Origin: Octopus sinensis
Lineage: Eukaryota
Reading direction: 5' to 3'
Length of the DNA: 64,000 nt
NCBI RefSeq assembly: GCF_006345805.1
Contig: NC_042999.1
Location: forward strand, 146,196,001 to 146,260,000
Shown here: one piece after another, positions 25,481 through 37,586 of the stretch
Position numbering within the stretch: the first letter of the stretch is position 1
How the letters are laid out: each line of letters starts with the position of its first letter
The notes under the pieces: model-generated
The model's database searches: none
Told to the model about the DNA's origin: nothing
What the model saw: only the letters and a program-made list of their open reading frames with translations
Translations under genes and position numbers: made by a program

Positions 25481-25504
25481 ATGTATGTATGTATGCATAC
25501 ATAC

Positions 25505-25850
25505 ATATATTCATTGGCGATATGGTGTGCTTGAGAAGACTCGTGAAATTGTAGTTGTGGCCGTTGTTCATGTCATGCAAATGGCACTCGTGAATTTGTA
25601 GTCTGGCTGTTGCTGGTAGCATGATTCTTTGAATGTTGGGTCCCACGAGGTAATGACAAGTGACTGAGATCTTTGGCGATGCTGTGCTGAGGAGAATTGT
25701 CAAACCAAGAGAAGTTGTGGTCATAGTCGTGGCCATTGCCGGTGTCATGTAAAAGCACCTGTTGCCGTTAGAAAGGGCCTCCAGCCATAGAAACCATGCC
25801 AATTCGGACTGGAACACACACGTTATGATAATGATGATGATATATATATA
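25505..25850 (+). mobile_element. Diverged RTE 3'-end variant
   Basis: TGTAAAAGCACC unit, AGAAAGGGCCTCCAGCCATAGAAACC, (GAT)n end. Confidence 0.55.
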
Positions 25851-26204
25851 CCATCCCCTTTCACCTTGGGTGTTATTAGGGGAAAACATTTTGCTGCAAG
25901 CATTCAAGACGATTTTCTGGTTTGAAGATATCTTCCTTCTTCCCATCAGTTTTAGAGGGCCTGTAATGTGTTATGAGCATTGCCTATCTTCCTGACTACA
26001 AGACAAAATAAAGGAGAGAGAAAAAAAGGTGACTAAAACCATCCTTCTAAGTATATATCTCGTTACATCTCTCACAAAGTCACTATAACCGAACACACAA
26101 ATGCATCGCTGAACATTAACCCCAATCATTTCACTAGTCCATGAGAGCTGTCCGATCTTTGACTAACTAAATAGTATAATGCAATGCAACAACTGTTTTG
26201 ATTA

Positions 26205-26640
26205 TAATTATGGGTGACAATTTCATACGACACAGCTACGGAAAATGGGATTTTTTTCTAGCAGTGTCAAATGAAAATGTCACCCATAATTATGGCCCTA
26301 GTATCGATCTATTGCATTTCAATCTATTTTAGATTTAGGGTTAGGGGTTGGGGAAGGGTATCTTTTTTTTCTTCACAAATGTAAATAAACCAAATCTGTT
26401 TCTCAAAGGAAGGACATATTCATTATGCACAGAATGTTATTTACGTCAATGGAGGTAATTGATTGGTTAAAATTGCCGAAATGCAAGAAATTTCAGACGA
26501 AATATCTTACAAACTAAAGAATTTTCTCAATAAAGCCAAGAGAAAATAATGTTTTATAAACACATTCTACCAGTATACGAAGTTTGAAACTTTTTAGTTA
26601 TCTAGAAATTATGTTACAAAGTGCCGTTCAAAAGGAAAAG
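26205..26640. mobile_element. Non-autonomous DNA element with subterminal inverted repeat and TTAGGG-like tract (Helentron/HINE-like)
   Basis: ATAATTATGGGTGACAATTTCAT (26205) pairs with ATGAAAATGTCACCCATAATTAT (26271). TTTAGGGTTAGGGG at about 26335. Confidence 0.45.
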
Positions 26641-26800
26641 ATCACTGTTTTTTTGTTTTTTAGTAAGAGAATTGGTGTACCTATATATGTGAGTATAAGC
26701 ATACATATATACAAGCGGAAGTAGGTTTGTGTGAGTGCGCGCGCGCTAATTTCTGCTTTACGTGAAAAATCAATTAAAACAAGATTAACGTATTATTTAC

Positions 26801-27064
26801 TTGGACGGTTTGAGTGGCGGTACAACAGACCGGAGAAATGAATGAATCATCAATTCTGAAACTTCTCTGGGACAGTTTCACATCTTGTCTATGTTGAATT
26901 TCAGACCAAACGGTTTCCAATATCTCATTTAGTATTTTATCCAGCATCCGATATGGTTGCGGTAACGTATCTCTCCATAGTTCTGGATCTGCTAAATAAT
27001 AGTCACTACGGCTGGCATTGGATGAGGATTTCTTGTCGAAGCTTCTTGATACACGGGGAATCAT
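26801..27064 (-). CDS. WDR93: WDR93 coding exon 1
   Basis: ATG at 27064 (the track's start at 27082 is TTG). YLADPELWRDTLPQPYRMLDKILNEILETVWSEIQHR matches the recalled WDR93 N-terminus [36 protein letters not shown]. Donor CAA|gtaaat, 264 nt, phase 0. Confidence 0.92.
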
Positions 27065-27252
27065 TTTGTTGTTTATGCCCAACGATATCGCATAAACGGA
27101 AGGACAGACACACGGAGTATCGTTACGTACTTCTTAATATATCCAACTTATAACAAATAATAACTATAATTTGTGTTCGATACTACATATCAACATGTGG
27201 AACCAGTCAAATAAATAATTACAAAACAATGTGATCGCGTTTGTTCATGCTT

Positions 27253-27266
27253 GTTCCCTTAGCAAC
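27253..27266. promoter_or_regulatory. RFX X-box-like motif about 190 bp upstream of the WDR93 ATG
   Basis: GTTCCCTTAGCAAC vs consensus GTNRCC-N(0-3)-RGYAAC, in a locally CpG-rich segment. RFX control of ciliary genes is established. Confidence 0.55.
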
Positions 27267-27496
27267 GGCGTACATACAATACGAGCTAAGGGAAGTAAGT
27301 CAGAAATAAACGGGAATTATTTCCCTTGTCATGTTCAAATTGTCATTGGAACTAAGGACCGGTTTCCCTTGGTGCGACGTACCATCGAGTCAATGTACAT
27401 GCTTCTATTTTGATTATCTATTTACTTCACCCCGTTTTCTTACTACTTACCCATACAAACTGTATCAGGTTTTACTCTTACGTATACATATATATA

Positions 27497-27790
27497 CAAG
27501 GTGTTCGGGATAAATTTGACAGTTTGCATAAAATGAAAAAACAAAACGCGATATTCCATCCAAAATTAAATTATTTAAAAAAAATCTAAAATTGTCCGCC
27601 AGTTGATAGTTGTGAGATAACAGTTTACTCAAAGTATCCGTATCCATCTTTTACCACAGCCTCAAGACAACTCCAGAACCTGGTGTGTGCATTCCTCACT
27701 GTATCCCCGAGAAGATCTGCCAAACACCTCCTTGATCTTGGCCACAAACTCGGGCTGTGTTGCTGGATGAGCATTTGGTCTATTTTTCAC
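27497..27790 (-). mobile_element. maT-type transposon 3' end
   Basis: TA|CAAGGTGTTCGGGATAAATTTGACAG TIR. Reverse complement resembles the 21200-21428 transposase C-terminus. Confidence 0.65.
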
Positions 27791-27900
27791 CTTTTCAACT
27801 GTGCACCACTCATAGAGCATTGAACAGCAGTCATGATGTCAGTATTTTAATATCTGGCATGAATTATCGTGATGTAAATAACTCTTTCTCAATATTCCAG

Positions 27901-27931
<31 letters not shown>

Positions 27932-29554
27932 TCACACACATGTACATGAACAACATTCGCTAATTCTTGAGGAGGATTACATTTGCAACATTGACTAATT
28001 CCCAAAGAGGGATCATAACCCTGAAATATTGAATGCAGGATAAGTGACCATTCATTCATATGCCGGTTTTCTTGTGATTTGCCTTGATTTATTTCCCATT
28101 GTTCCAGTCTTACCCACAAATTTCGTATAATATATATATACACACACATACACACATATGTATTCATGTATGTATGTATGTACATGTCATATTTATGTGG
28201 TATATGAGGGTTATCTTAACAAGACCTGTGTACAAATACTCAATTAAAATATGCTCCACACACAATACACATCATTATCGAGTTAATAAGAAGGAAGAGA
28301 CAGAAATGTTGCAATCATGTAATTAAAAGAGGGTATAATTTTCAAAACATTGACATTGAAGAGTCTAGTATAACATCAATGTAAAACTGAGTGGTATAAA
28401 CCTATGCCAAAATTGTGTGATTTTGCTCAATAAATTAGGCTATATTTTCAAAATATCAATGCATTTAAGTTTATTGATCTTGAATTCGATTGTTGAAGTC
28501 AGCAATAGAGTGGAAGTGACAATGGAACTAAAAATTTAGAACTTCAGAAAAATATTGATGTAACTCAAAGATTTGAGTTCAATTTCTGAAACAACTTGAT
28601 GTTTCATTGATTTGGTTTTGTTATATTAAGTATATGTTATGAACTTGATTTAATTTTATTAATTATCCTCTTATGAAAATTAATTTTCTTTGTATCTAAG
28701 AGAAATCAATATTTAAATTTCCAAAACAGAACTTATAACATTATTTGGATGATGGACCTGGTAAAGTGCCTGAGGTTTGCAATTACCTTCCTTTTCATTT
28801 TGCACTCAAATACCACCTTCTATCCTTATGGGGTGGTGGGGGTCAATAAAATAATTATCTATTTTGTACTTGATTAATGCATTTCATCATTTTTCCACCG
28901 AATTTTATCACCTTGTGCCAACATCAGTAGTCTAACATTAAAGAATGTAACCATTTCATAACTTTAATTAATCTTCTCGTGAAAATTCTTTGGGTGGGTT
29001 TAAATTTGAAGTGAATCACAGCATATATGTGTTATTTTGCCATTTTTGACTGATTGGGCCATTGAGAGTTTTGGTCAATCATGTTGACCTGAGTAGTGAT
29101 TCTGGTCTGGTGCTTACTTTATCGACCTCTTGTTATTGAAATGTTAAGTGACAGCTTTTGATATGACAGACACACAATTCTGCACCAGGACTTATTCAAA
29201 AAACAACACCAAAAAAACAAAAAACAAAAAAAAAACAGTATTATCCAAAAACATAAACGTACATGCAGTCTCTCTCTCTCTCACACATACACCTACACAC
29301 ATTGTAACACCTTAATTGTTGTCAGGGCTTCGATTTTGCATAATAGATTTAGTTGATTTTTACCTAATAGATTTAATGGATTTTAATTTAGGTTCATTTT
29401 TTCATATTCTCTCTCTGGAAAGCATCTTACGGTCATTTGGTTCAAAATAACTCATGCTAAATCATAAGAAGTTCGAGGAAGCCATTGTTTTAAATGTAAA
29501 GAACCTTCTATTTCCTTACACTGAAACTATCTCCTATCTCTGTGATTACTAGTA

Positions 29555-29830
29555 TCTTGGGGTTAGTAGCCCATGCTCTTAACCACTATGCTATATGCCA
29601 TGGCTAGGAGTGCAGGCTACTAACCCCAAGAATCCGAGTTCAATTCCAGGCAGTGACCTGAATAATAATAATAATAACAACAACATCGAAAAATACCTTA
29701 GGAATGAGAACTCAGGTTCGAAATTTCCCCCAAGACACCTGATGAAGGCTGGAGGGTATACCAGCTGAAACGTGTTAACAACAAACAAGATGGGGACAAA
29801 TATCCGTCAAATGCAAATAATGTAAATAAT
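29555..29830 (+). mobile_element. tRNA-headed short element with inverted 5' head, (AAT)n linker and type I hammerhead core
   Basis: Inverted A-box-containing head 29555-29599. B-box GTTCAATTCC about 29638-29647. CTGATGA 29739-29745, stem GCTGG/CCAGC, GAAAC 29767-29771, stem I GACAC/GTGTT. Confidence 0.65.
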
Positions 29831-29886
29831 ATAAATAATATATATCATCATCATCATCATCATCGTTTAGCGTCCGTTTTCCATGC

Positions 29887-30012
29887 TAAGGTAATAGAAG
29901 AAATGGAGCAACATGTAACAATTAGAAGTTGATCATCAGTATTGAATGATTATTCAATACTAATGGTTAACTTCTAATTGTTATGTGTTGCTCCTTTTCT
30001 TCTCTTACCTTA
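29887..30012. repeat. 126-bp fold-back hairpin (61-bp arms, 4-nt loop)
   Basis: 29887-29947 vs 29952-30012, 7 mismatches by hand. Confidence 0.9.
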
Positions 30013-30160
30013 TCTGAATATATTAAATCACGGTTTATCATTTAAATTGCCAACTACTGTTAATCTTAAGCAAGGCCTATACGTAGTTAGGTAATGCACG
30101 AGTAGTGCCTATGGATATATTTATCCCTTAGACGGTTGCATAACCTCTAACTCATAATTT

Positions 30161-30207
<47 letters not shown>

Positions 30208-30233
30208 GTTAAATCATAGAACATTAAAGTGAA

Positions 30234-30316
30234 GACCCTGAAGAAACTACACCAGTATTATTATAGAGTTACCATTGCAACAATTACTAACTGATGCGTA
30301 GAAACATGTGTAGGCC
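30234..30316 (+). ncRNA. Candidate type I hammerhead ribozyme (Penelope-like)
   Basis: GACC-CTGAAGA-(long stem II)-GAAAC-ATGT-GTA-GGCC. Palindromic ACATGT helix III, GUA triplet. Stem II junction is non-canonical. Confidence 0.45.
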
Positions 30317-30384
30317 TATTTGAAGCTGTATATATATATTTAAAAAAAGAATTCAAGGTAGCGCTATGCCCCTTCATAATAATC

Positions 30385-30393
30385 CTTTTCATC

Positions 30394-30426
<33 letters not shown>

Positions 30427-30955
30427 GAGTGAGAGAGCAGTGCATGCCATCAAAGTGACACTGGAGTAAAATATACGAAGCCCAGTATACCCATCATGAC
30501 TACCCGTCTGATAAGGGTATACCAGGCACATGCATCACAACCATATGTGCGCGACATGGTGATCTCATCTCAAGATAAACAGCGCATGACCTTGTAGGTG
30601 GGGCCCAGTTAGAATTTTCTTCAGGTCGAATAGCCCATCCCACTCAAAAGGTCCCTGAATAAGGGTTGTTTAAGGATGATGAACAAAACACCCATGTGAA
30701 TTATCCAAACCCCAAAGAATTCCTCTCAAAACATGGTTATGATGCTCCCCAACTACTTCTGTAAATGATCAGAGATGCACATATCGTTAGCCACCAGGGA
30801 ACATGCTCAACTGGTTAAGGTCAAGCAACTGACAAGCAAATCAGTGGTATTGAGCAGAATATTTGCTGTAGCCCATCTTTTATACCAAGACAAAACAATG
30901 TACATGATAACACTTCCAATCAGTTAAGATCAGAAGCCATGAGAGCTACATCCTG
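30385..30955 (-). mobile_element. LINE 3' UTR fragment with (AAT)n tail
   Basis: GC-richer block ending in CTCTCTCACTC(AAT)n on the minus strand. Clade not determinable here. Confidence 0.5.
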
Positions 30956-31004
30956 GTACTGCATCAGGGCATGTTATTATTGTTGTTGTTGGTGTTGTTG
31001 TTAG

Positions 31005-31060
<56 letters not shown>

Positions 31061-31064
<4 letters not shown>

Positions 31065-31760
31065 TGTATTGGTAGAAAGCTTTGGCGTTGGTGCTAGTGC
31101 CACATAAAAAGCACTGATGATGATAAAAAGTACCCAGTACACTCTGTAAAGTGGTTGACATTAGGAAAGGTATCCAGCTTTAGAAACCAAGTCACAACAG
31201 ACTATGGGAGCTGGTTCAGCCACTGACCTTACCAGTGCTTGTCAAGCAGTCCAATCCATGCCAGCATGAAAAGCAAACAACATATAATGATAATGATTAT
31301 GGCAATGATGCTATATATATTAAAACACGGTTTTACCTTTAAATTATCTACTACTGTATACCTAGGACTATACATAGTAAGGTAATACACCAGGAGTGCC
31401 TACGGATACATCTATCCTGTAGATGGTTGCATAACTTCTAACTTATATTTTACCTATATATATAGATATATATATATATCAGCGTCGCCTTACTGGCACT
31501 TGTGCCAGTGGCATGTACAGGTGACATGTAAAAAACAGCATTTGAGCGTGGCCGTTGCCAGTACTGCTGGACTGGCCCTCGTGCCAGTGGCATGTAAAAG
31601 CACCCACTACACTCTCGGAGTGGTTGGTGTTAGGAAGGGCATCCAGCTGTAGAAACACTACCAGATTAGATTGGATCCTGGTGCAGCTATCTGGCTTGCC
31701 AGTCCTCAGTCAAACCGTCCAACCCATGCCAGCATGGAAAGCGGATGTTAAACACTGATG

Positions 31761-31810
<50 letters not shown>

Positions 31811-31986
31811 ATATATATTTGGAGAGGGAGAAAGAAAGAGAGAGAGGGCGTGGATCTAGTGGAAGGGTAATTAGTGCCATACATAATATATTCATAATAC
31901 ATTAATAAATATTTCTGTCAGAGGCAGAAAAACAAATAAAATATATTTTCATCTAGAATTGCCAGCTTGATTTGATATATATATAT

Positions 31987-32050
<64 letters not shown>

Positions 32051-32745
32051 TGTATTGGTAGAAAGCTTTGGCGTTGGTGCTAGTGCCACATAAAAAGCAC
32101 TGATGATGATAAAAAGTACCCAGTACACTCTGTAAAGTGGTTGACATTAGGAAAGGTATCCAGCTTTAGAAACCAAGTCACAACAGACTATGGGAGCTGG
32201 TTCAGCCACTGACCTTACCAGTGCTTGTCAAGCAGTCCAATCCATGCCAGCATGAAAAGCAAACAACATATAATGATAATGATTATGGCAATGATGCTAT
32301 ATATATTAAAACACGGTTTTACCTTTAAATTATCTACTACTGTATACCTAGGACTATACATAGTAAGGTAATACACCAGGAGTGCCTACGGATACATCTA
32401 TCCTGTAGATGGTTGCATAACTTCTAACTTATATTTTACCTATATATATAGATATATATATATATCAGCGTCGCCTTACTGGCACTTGTGCCAGTGGCAT
32501 GTACAGGTGACATGTAAAAAACAGCATTTGAGCGTGGCCGTTGCCAGTACTGCTGGACTGGCCCTCGTGCCAGTGGCATGTAAAAGCACCCACTACACTC
32601 TCGGAGTGGTTGGTGTTAGGAAGGGCATCCAGCTGTAGAAACACTACCAGATTAGATTGGATCCTGGTGCAGCTATCTGGCTTGCCAGTCCTCAGTCAAA
32701 CCGTCCAACCCATGCCAGCATGGAAGCGGATGTTAAACACTGATG

Positions 32746-32791
<46 letters not shown>

Positions 32792-32952
32792 ATATATATT
32801 GGAGAGGGAGAAAGAAAGAGAGAGAGGGCGTGGATCTAGTGGAAGGGTAATTAGTGCCATACATAATATATTCATAATACATTAATAAATATTTCTGTCA
32901 GAGGCAGAAAAACAAATAAAATATATTTTCATCTAGAATTGCCAGCTTGATT

Positions 32953-32954
<2 letters not shown>
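31061..32954 (+). repeat. Tandem duplication of an about 0.98-kb unit bounded by (TA)n tracts
   Basis: 31061-31974 recurs at 32047-32954 (offset 986 falling to 980). It contains two RTE 3'-end fragments per unit. Confidence 0.95.
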
Positions 32955-32999
<45 letters not shown>

Positions 33000-33375
33000 A
33001 TCATCATCATCATCGTTTAATGTCAGCCTTCCATGCTAGCATGGATGGGATGGTTTCACAAGAGCTGACCAGTTAGAAGCCTGCACTAGACTTGTGTGAC
33101 TGTTTTGGCAGGACTTTTACAGCTGGATGCCCTTCCTAGCACCAACTCTGCTCAGCAGAGTGGACTTAGTGCTTTTTATGCAGCACAAGCACAGGTGAGA
33201 TCAGTTATGGCAAGATATTTACAGCTGGATTCCCCTCTGAACACCAATAACTTTACAGTGTGGACTGGGTACTTTTAAGTGACACCTGTACAGACAGGGT
33301 CACCAAGTACTTGCAAGACAAAAAAAACTTTCAAGAAGAAAGGGGGCATTGGAGGAGGTGATCTTGTGTCAGATA

Positions 33376-33409
<34 letters not shown>

Positions 33410-33436
33410 CATGCACACACACACATACATATATAT

Positions 33437-33655
33437 CAGGTTGTAACAAAAGTTCTGTCTATTTTTTTAAGGCTCAATAAAACAATAAAGCAAAACAATA
33501 TCTGATTATCTAATCATTAATTTAGTTGCCATTCTTCTCTGTGACCCCTTTCCATATGCCAATCAGCTTTTCAATACTACATTCATAAAATTCCTTAGGT
33601 TTAGAAATGAGAAAGCAAATTAACTCATTTCCAACTTCTGCTCTTGAAGTAAATC
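33437..33655 (-). mobile_element. mariner-type transposon 3' end
   Basis: CAGGTTGTAACAAAAGTTCTGTC terminus in a TA tract, plus a decayed transposase C-terminus on the minus strand. Confidence 0.45.
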
Positions 33656-33659
33656 TTCA

Positions 33660-35170
33660 TCATCATCATTATCATCATCATTTTATGTCTGTTGTCCATG
33701 TTGGTATGGGTAGGATGGTTTGACCAAGGCTGGTAAACTGGGGGTGGTGGTGCACCAGACTCTAGTCTGATTTGGCATGGTTTCTATGGCTGAATGCCCT
33801 TCCTAATGCCAATCACTCCAAGAGTGTAATGAATGCTTTTATGGGCTATTGGCATGGGTGCCAGTTATGTGACACTGGCATCGGCCATATTGCCTCTGTG
33901 AGACCTAATGCTCAAATGGCATGTTTTATGTGCCACTGGCATGGGTGCCACTTATGTGATACCATGGCATTGCACTTGACTTGACAGGTCTTCCCAAGTA
34001 TGGCATATCACCAAAGGTCTTGGTCACTAGTCATTGCCTCTGTGAAACTCAATGTTCAAAGATGATGCTTTACCACCTTGTCCCATGTCTTCTTGGGTCT
34101 GCCTCTACCACAAGTTCCCTCAACAGTTAGACATCAGCACTTCTTTACACAGCTGTCCTTGTCCATACACATCATATGACCATACCAACACTGTCATCTC
34201 TCTTACACACCACACCTGATGCTTCTTATGCCCAACTTTTCTTTCAAGATGCTTATACTCTGATATACATGCACATCCAGTGAAGCATACTACGTTCATT
34301 TCTGTGAAGCCTACACATGTCCTTGGCTTTCATAGCCCATGTTTCACTGCCATGCAGCGTAGCTGTTTGCACACAGGCATCAAACAATCTGCCTTTCATT
34401 CTGGGGGAGAGGCCCTTTGTTGCCAATAGGGGTAGGGGATGTCTGAACTTTGTTCAACTCTATTCTTATTCTTGCAGCTACACTCTTGGAGCATCAATCT
34501 TTGCTACTGATTTGGTCACCTAAATAATGGAAGCTATCAACTGCTTCTAGCTTACCCCACTGGCTGTCGATGGAGTCTATTTTCTGCCCATTTTTAGTGT
34601 TTATTGTACCTGTGCACCTTTCACACACAAAACTATTTTTTCCTAGTTAATCTTCCTCTGATATTGCTGCACCTTTTATGTGTTCCAAGCTTACACTGGG
34701 TACATCTAATAGAGTTTCTACCTATGCCTTTCCTACAGATTGAGCAGGGCCATCTAACTGAAGGGATTTGTGAATTGTCTGCTTTCCTACTTACTAAGAC
34801 TTTGGTTATTGCAAGGTTAACTCTGAGGCCCTTTGATTCCAAACCTTGCTTCCACATCTGAAATTTCTTCTCTAGTTCTGATAGTGATTCAGCTATAAGA
34901 AGAAGGTCAACAACATAGCAGCCAGCTCATTTTCAATTCCTCTGTAATTGTCTGGAGGAATATGATGAAGAAGAGGGGCTGAGGACAGGTCCTTGGTGAA
35001 CCCCTACTTGTATCTTGAATTCATCGCTATACTCTCACCTCACTGACAGCATCTTTGTACATGGCTTGTACAGCTCTAACCACCCATTCATCTATCCCTA
35101 GTTTCCACATTGACTGCCAGATAAGGGATTGGGAAACTGTCAACAGAAGCCATGTACAGAGGTTTATGTT
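33660..35170 (-). mobile_element. 5'-truncated RTE LINE
   Basis: RT motifs (VGVHQGPVLSPLLFIIFLQ, LLIAES), [48 protein letters not shown], 3' UTR and (GAT)n at about 33660. Confidence 0.9.
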
Positions 35171-37549
35171 TGGCTATGTATTTCTCCTGCTGCTGTTTTA
35201 CCAGAAATATATTTATATATATATATTTAAAATGGAAAGTATGGGATTCTGAATAGATATAGTAAGTATCATATTTAATATTTTATGGCTCGGACAGGTA
35301 TAATATCTTTCCATGTTGATTGAGATGAGGGTGGTTCTGTCTCTAAAACTACTTTTATATATATATATATATATATATCATGCTAGCATGGAAAGTGGAC
35401 GTTAAACGATGATGATGATGATGATGATGATATATGTTTATATTTATTTTGTGTGTTTGTTTCTGTGTTTGTCCCCAACACCATCACTTGACAACCAATG
35501 TTGGTGTGTTTACGTCTCTGTAACTAATGTCTCTGTAAGCAGTTTGGCAAAAGAGACTGATAGAGTAAATACCAGACTTACAAAGAATAAGTCCTGGGGT
35601 TGATTTCTTCAACTAAAAGGAGGTGGTCTAGCATGGCCACAGTCAAATGATTGAGACAGACAAAAGAATAAAAGAATGCGTGGCCCAAAAGCAGGTTTAC
35701 AGTTATTCAACTATCTCTTTCACGTTCATATATTAACAGTTGAGATCTTAATTATAAAACAATATGAAACCATTATTCTATGTTAATTTAGTTAATTTTG
35801 TCAAGCACCCTTTTCAGTTTCTTGGAGTGGTTGGCATTAGGAAGGGCATCCAGCTATAGAAACTCTGCCAGATCAGATTGGAGCCTGGTGCAGCCATCTG
35901 GTTCACCAGTCCTCAGTCAAACCATCCAACCCATGCCAGCATGGAAAGCAGACGTTAAACGATGATATATATATATATGTATATGTGTGTGTGTGTGAAG
36001 TACATGCAATATACAGGGCTAGATGTTCCACCTAAATTTAAATGTTTTCATTGATAAATAACCCCCAAAATCAAATAAATGAGCAAATAAGATTTTTAGT
36101 GTGAAATAATATTATAAGTAGAATTTGAGTTAGAAGCTCTTTAACAGGTGATCTGTGTAAATATATATATGTACTTATGTATGCATGATAGGCTCACACC
36201 CCACTCCTGCCCCCATATACGTGGACATAATAAAGCAACAATGAGCCCAAGGTTAGTGAGTTATATAACGCTTGATCAGCTAGCCAGCTGAGAAATTTTA
36301 CCTTTGAGTGAGAACTGAAAAACCCAGCTACAATAACCAGTTATTTTGAGAACAAAAGAAATTATTCACTTTTTCTTTTACGCATAATTTTAGAACGAAT
36401 CTGAGTGTCAATTAAGTATATAACATTTTTTTTTTCTAAGTTATCTGCGAAATAAGGCCGGTTGCTCAGCAATATCATATATATTAATGGTTCTTAAGCC
36501 TTCTATCTCAGTGTCTTGATTCACCGAGTGGCATTTTATAACAGTCCTTTTTTACCTATGTTTTACAACCCTGATTGTGGTAAGAAGTTTGTTTCTGAAC
36601 CACATGGTTCTGGGTTCAGTTCCACTGTGTGGCCACGTGGACAAGCATCTTCTATTATAGCCTTGAACTGGCCAATGCTTTGTGAGTAAATTTGGTAGAC
36701 AGAAACTGTGAGGAAGCTTGTTGTGTATGTGTGTGTGTGTGTGTACCTATGAATGTATGTTTGTGTTTGTGTGTATTGTCTTTGTGTTTGTCCCAACCAC
36801 CACTTGACAATTAGTGTTGATTTGTTTACATCCCTGTTACCTGATGGTTTTGCCAGCAAAAGAGACTGAAACCAAACTTAAGTAAGTACTGGGATCAATT
36901 TGTTCAATTAAACCCTTCAAGGTGGTGCCTCTGCATGGCTGCAGTCCAATGATTTAAAACATGTGAAAGCCAAAAGATAAAAAAATTAACTACAACAAAG
37001 AAACAAAATAAAATGGAACCTTGTTGCAGCATCAGTCATGTTTCTGCTCACTGATAAAATGATGTCCTACTTAAGTTCTAATTCTAAAAAATCTGCTTTT
37101 GCAAATGTGTTGAAATACAATCATTGTACTTATTTCAAATATTTTATCTCTTTGAAAATTCCTGTCCCCTCTAAACAACTAGTCCATCCTCATAGTGTCA
37201 CCTCAACATGTTTACAATAATACAATGAGGCTACTAGAGTTATATCTAATCAAAGACTATGGAGTCTCTCACTTTCAGCTATTGGATAGCCATTGACCCA
37301 ACATAGTTCATCTATCCTTGATGAGTTTTAATTTGCGTCCTGTAGGATATCCAATGAAAACCATCAAGCAGGCTTAGTAGAGTTGCTGGTTTAGTCATTG
37401 ACAGCCCGACCATGGAACAGATTGTACTAAGTTACATGTTAGCAGTAACACTAGGAGTGACCTGACCTAACCTGAATACACACACACACACAATGTATGT
37501 GTATTTACATACATACACATGCATATACAAACACAAACATATATGTATG

Positions 37550-37580
<31 letters not shown>

Positions 37581-37586
<6 letters not shown>

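Noticed and set aside
26330-26350. TTTAGGGTTAGGGG as telomeric repeat
   Set aside because: Only about 2 units, inside an interspersed element.
29600-29660. tRNA gene
   Set aside because: The A-box half is inverted, there is no complete cloverleaf or acceptor stem, and it is treated as a SINE head. The same applies to all other tRNA-like heads.
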